A stretch of DNA of 64,000 bases from the human T2T-CHM13v2.0 reference genome, Homo sapiens. Below, in pieces: positions 63,711 through 64,000 of the stretch. The notes under the pieces are model-generated. The model ran no database searches, was not told the origin of the DNA, and saw only the letters and a list, made by a program, of their open reading frames with translations. Where the stretch lies: the NCBI RefSeq assembly GCF_009914755.1, contig NC_060929.1, one strand, 5' to 3'. Within the stretch, counting starts at the first letter, position 1. Each line of letters begins with the position of its first letter. The translations under genes were made by a program, and so were the position numbers.

Positions 63711-64000
63711 TCAGGCCACCATGTTTGTCAGAGACGGTACCCAGAAATGTGCACAGCTTCTGAGGGACAGAGGAGGGGCATGCTGGGGACACAGCTGGGC
63801 AGTCCTGCTTCCCAGGACCCAGTATGTTCAAAGTGAAATACCACAGTGCCACCTCTGATGGCACAAGGGCAGCACCTGCAGAGCCCTCTTTGCAGTTCGT
63901 CAGCTGGGAGCTTGGTTTGGGTCAGGTGGCCCTCACCAGCAAGAACACAGCTGGAGGCTGCATGGACAAGAGCAGATCCAGAGGCATGGTGCAGAAAGGT

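Overview
Human (primate, Alu-rich) genomic DNA containing the whole coding region of NDST1 (bifunctional heparan sulfate N-deacetylase/N-sulfotransferase 1) on the + strand. Fourteen coding exons (25799-57876) splice into an intact 2649-nt, 882-aa ORF. There is a uORF-containing 5' UTR, a probable non-coding first exon near 12.7 kb, and a ~4.9 kb 3' UTR ending after AATAAA at 62735. The remainder is intronic or flanking sequence full of Alu, MIR, L2, old L1 and DNA-transposon fossils, plus a MER11 solo LTR and a U13 snoRNA retrocopy. I see no new multi-gene system. The best second-look items are a decayed tandem copy of exon 11 in intron 11, a GC-AG intron splitting the PAPS-binding loop with a competing GT 4 nt away, a tail-to-tail inverted Alu pair with apparently homogenised inner arms, a sense-oriented MER11 LTR, a possible intron-7 polyadenylated truncated isoform, and several perfect hairpins. 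Exon numbering assumes one upstream non-coding exon. Repeat boundaries and subfamily names were judged by eye and are approximate.
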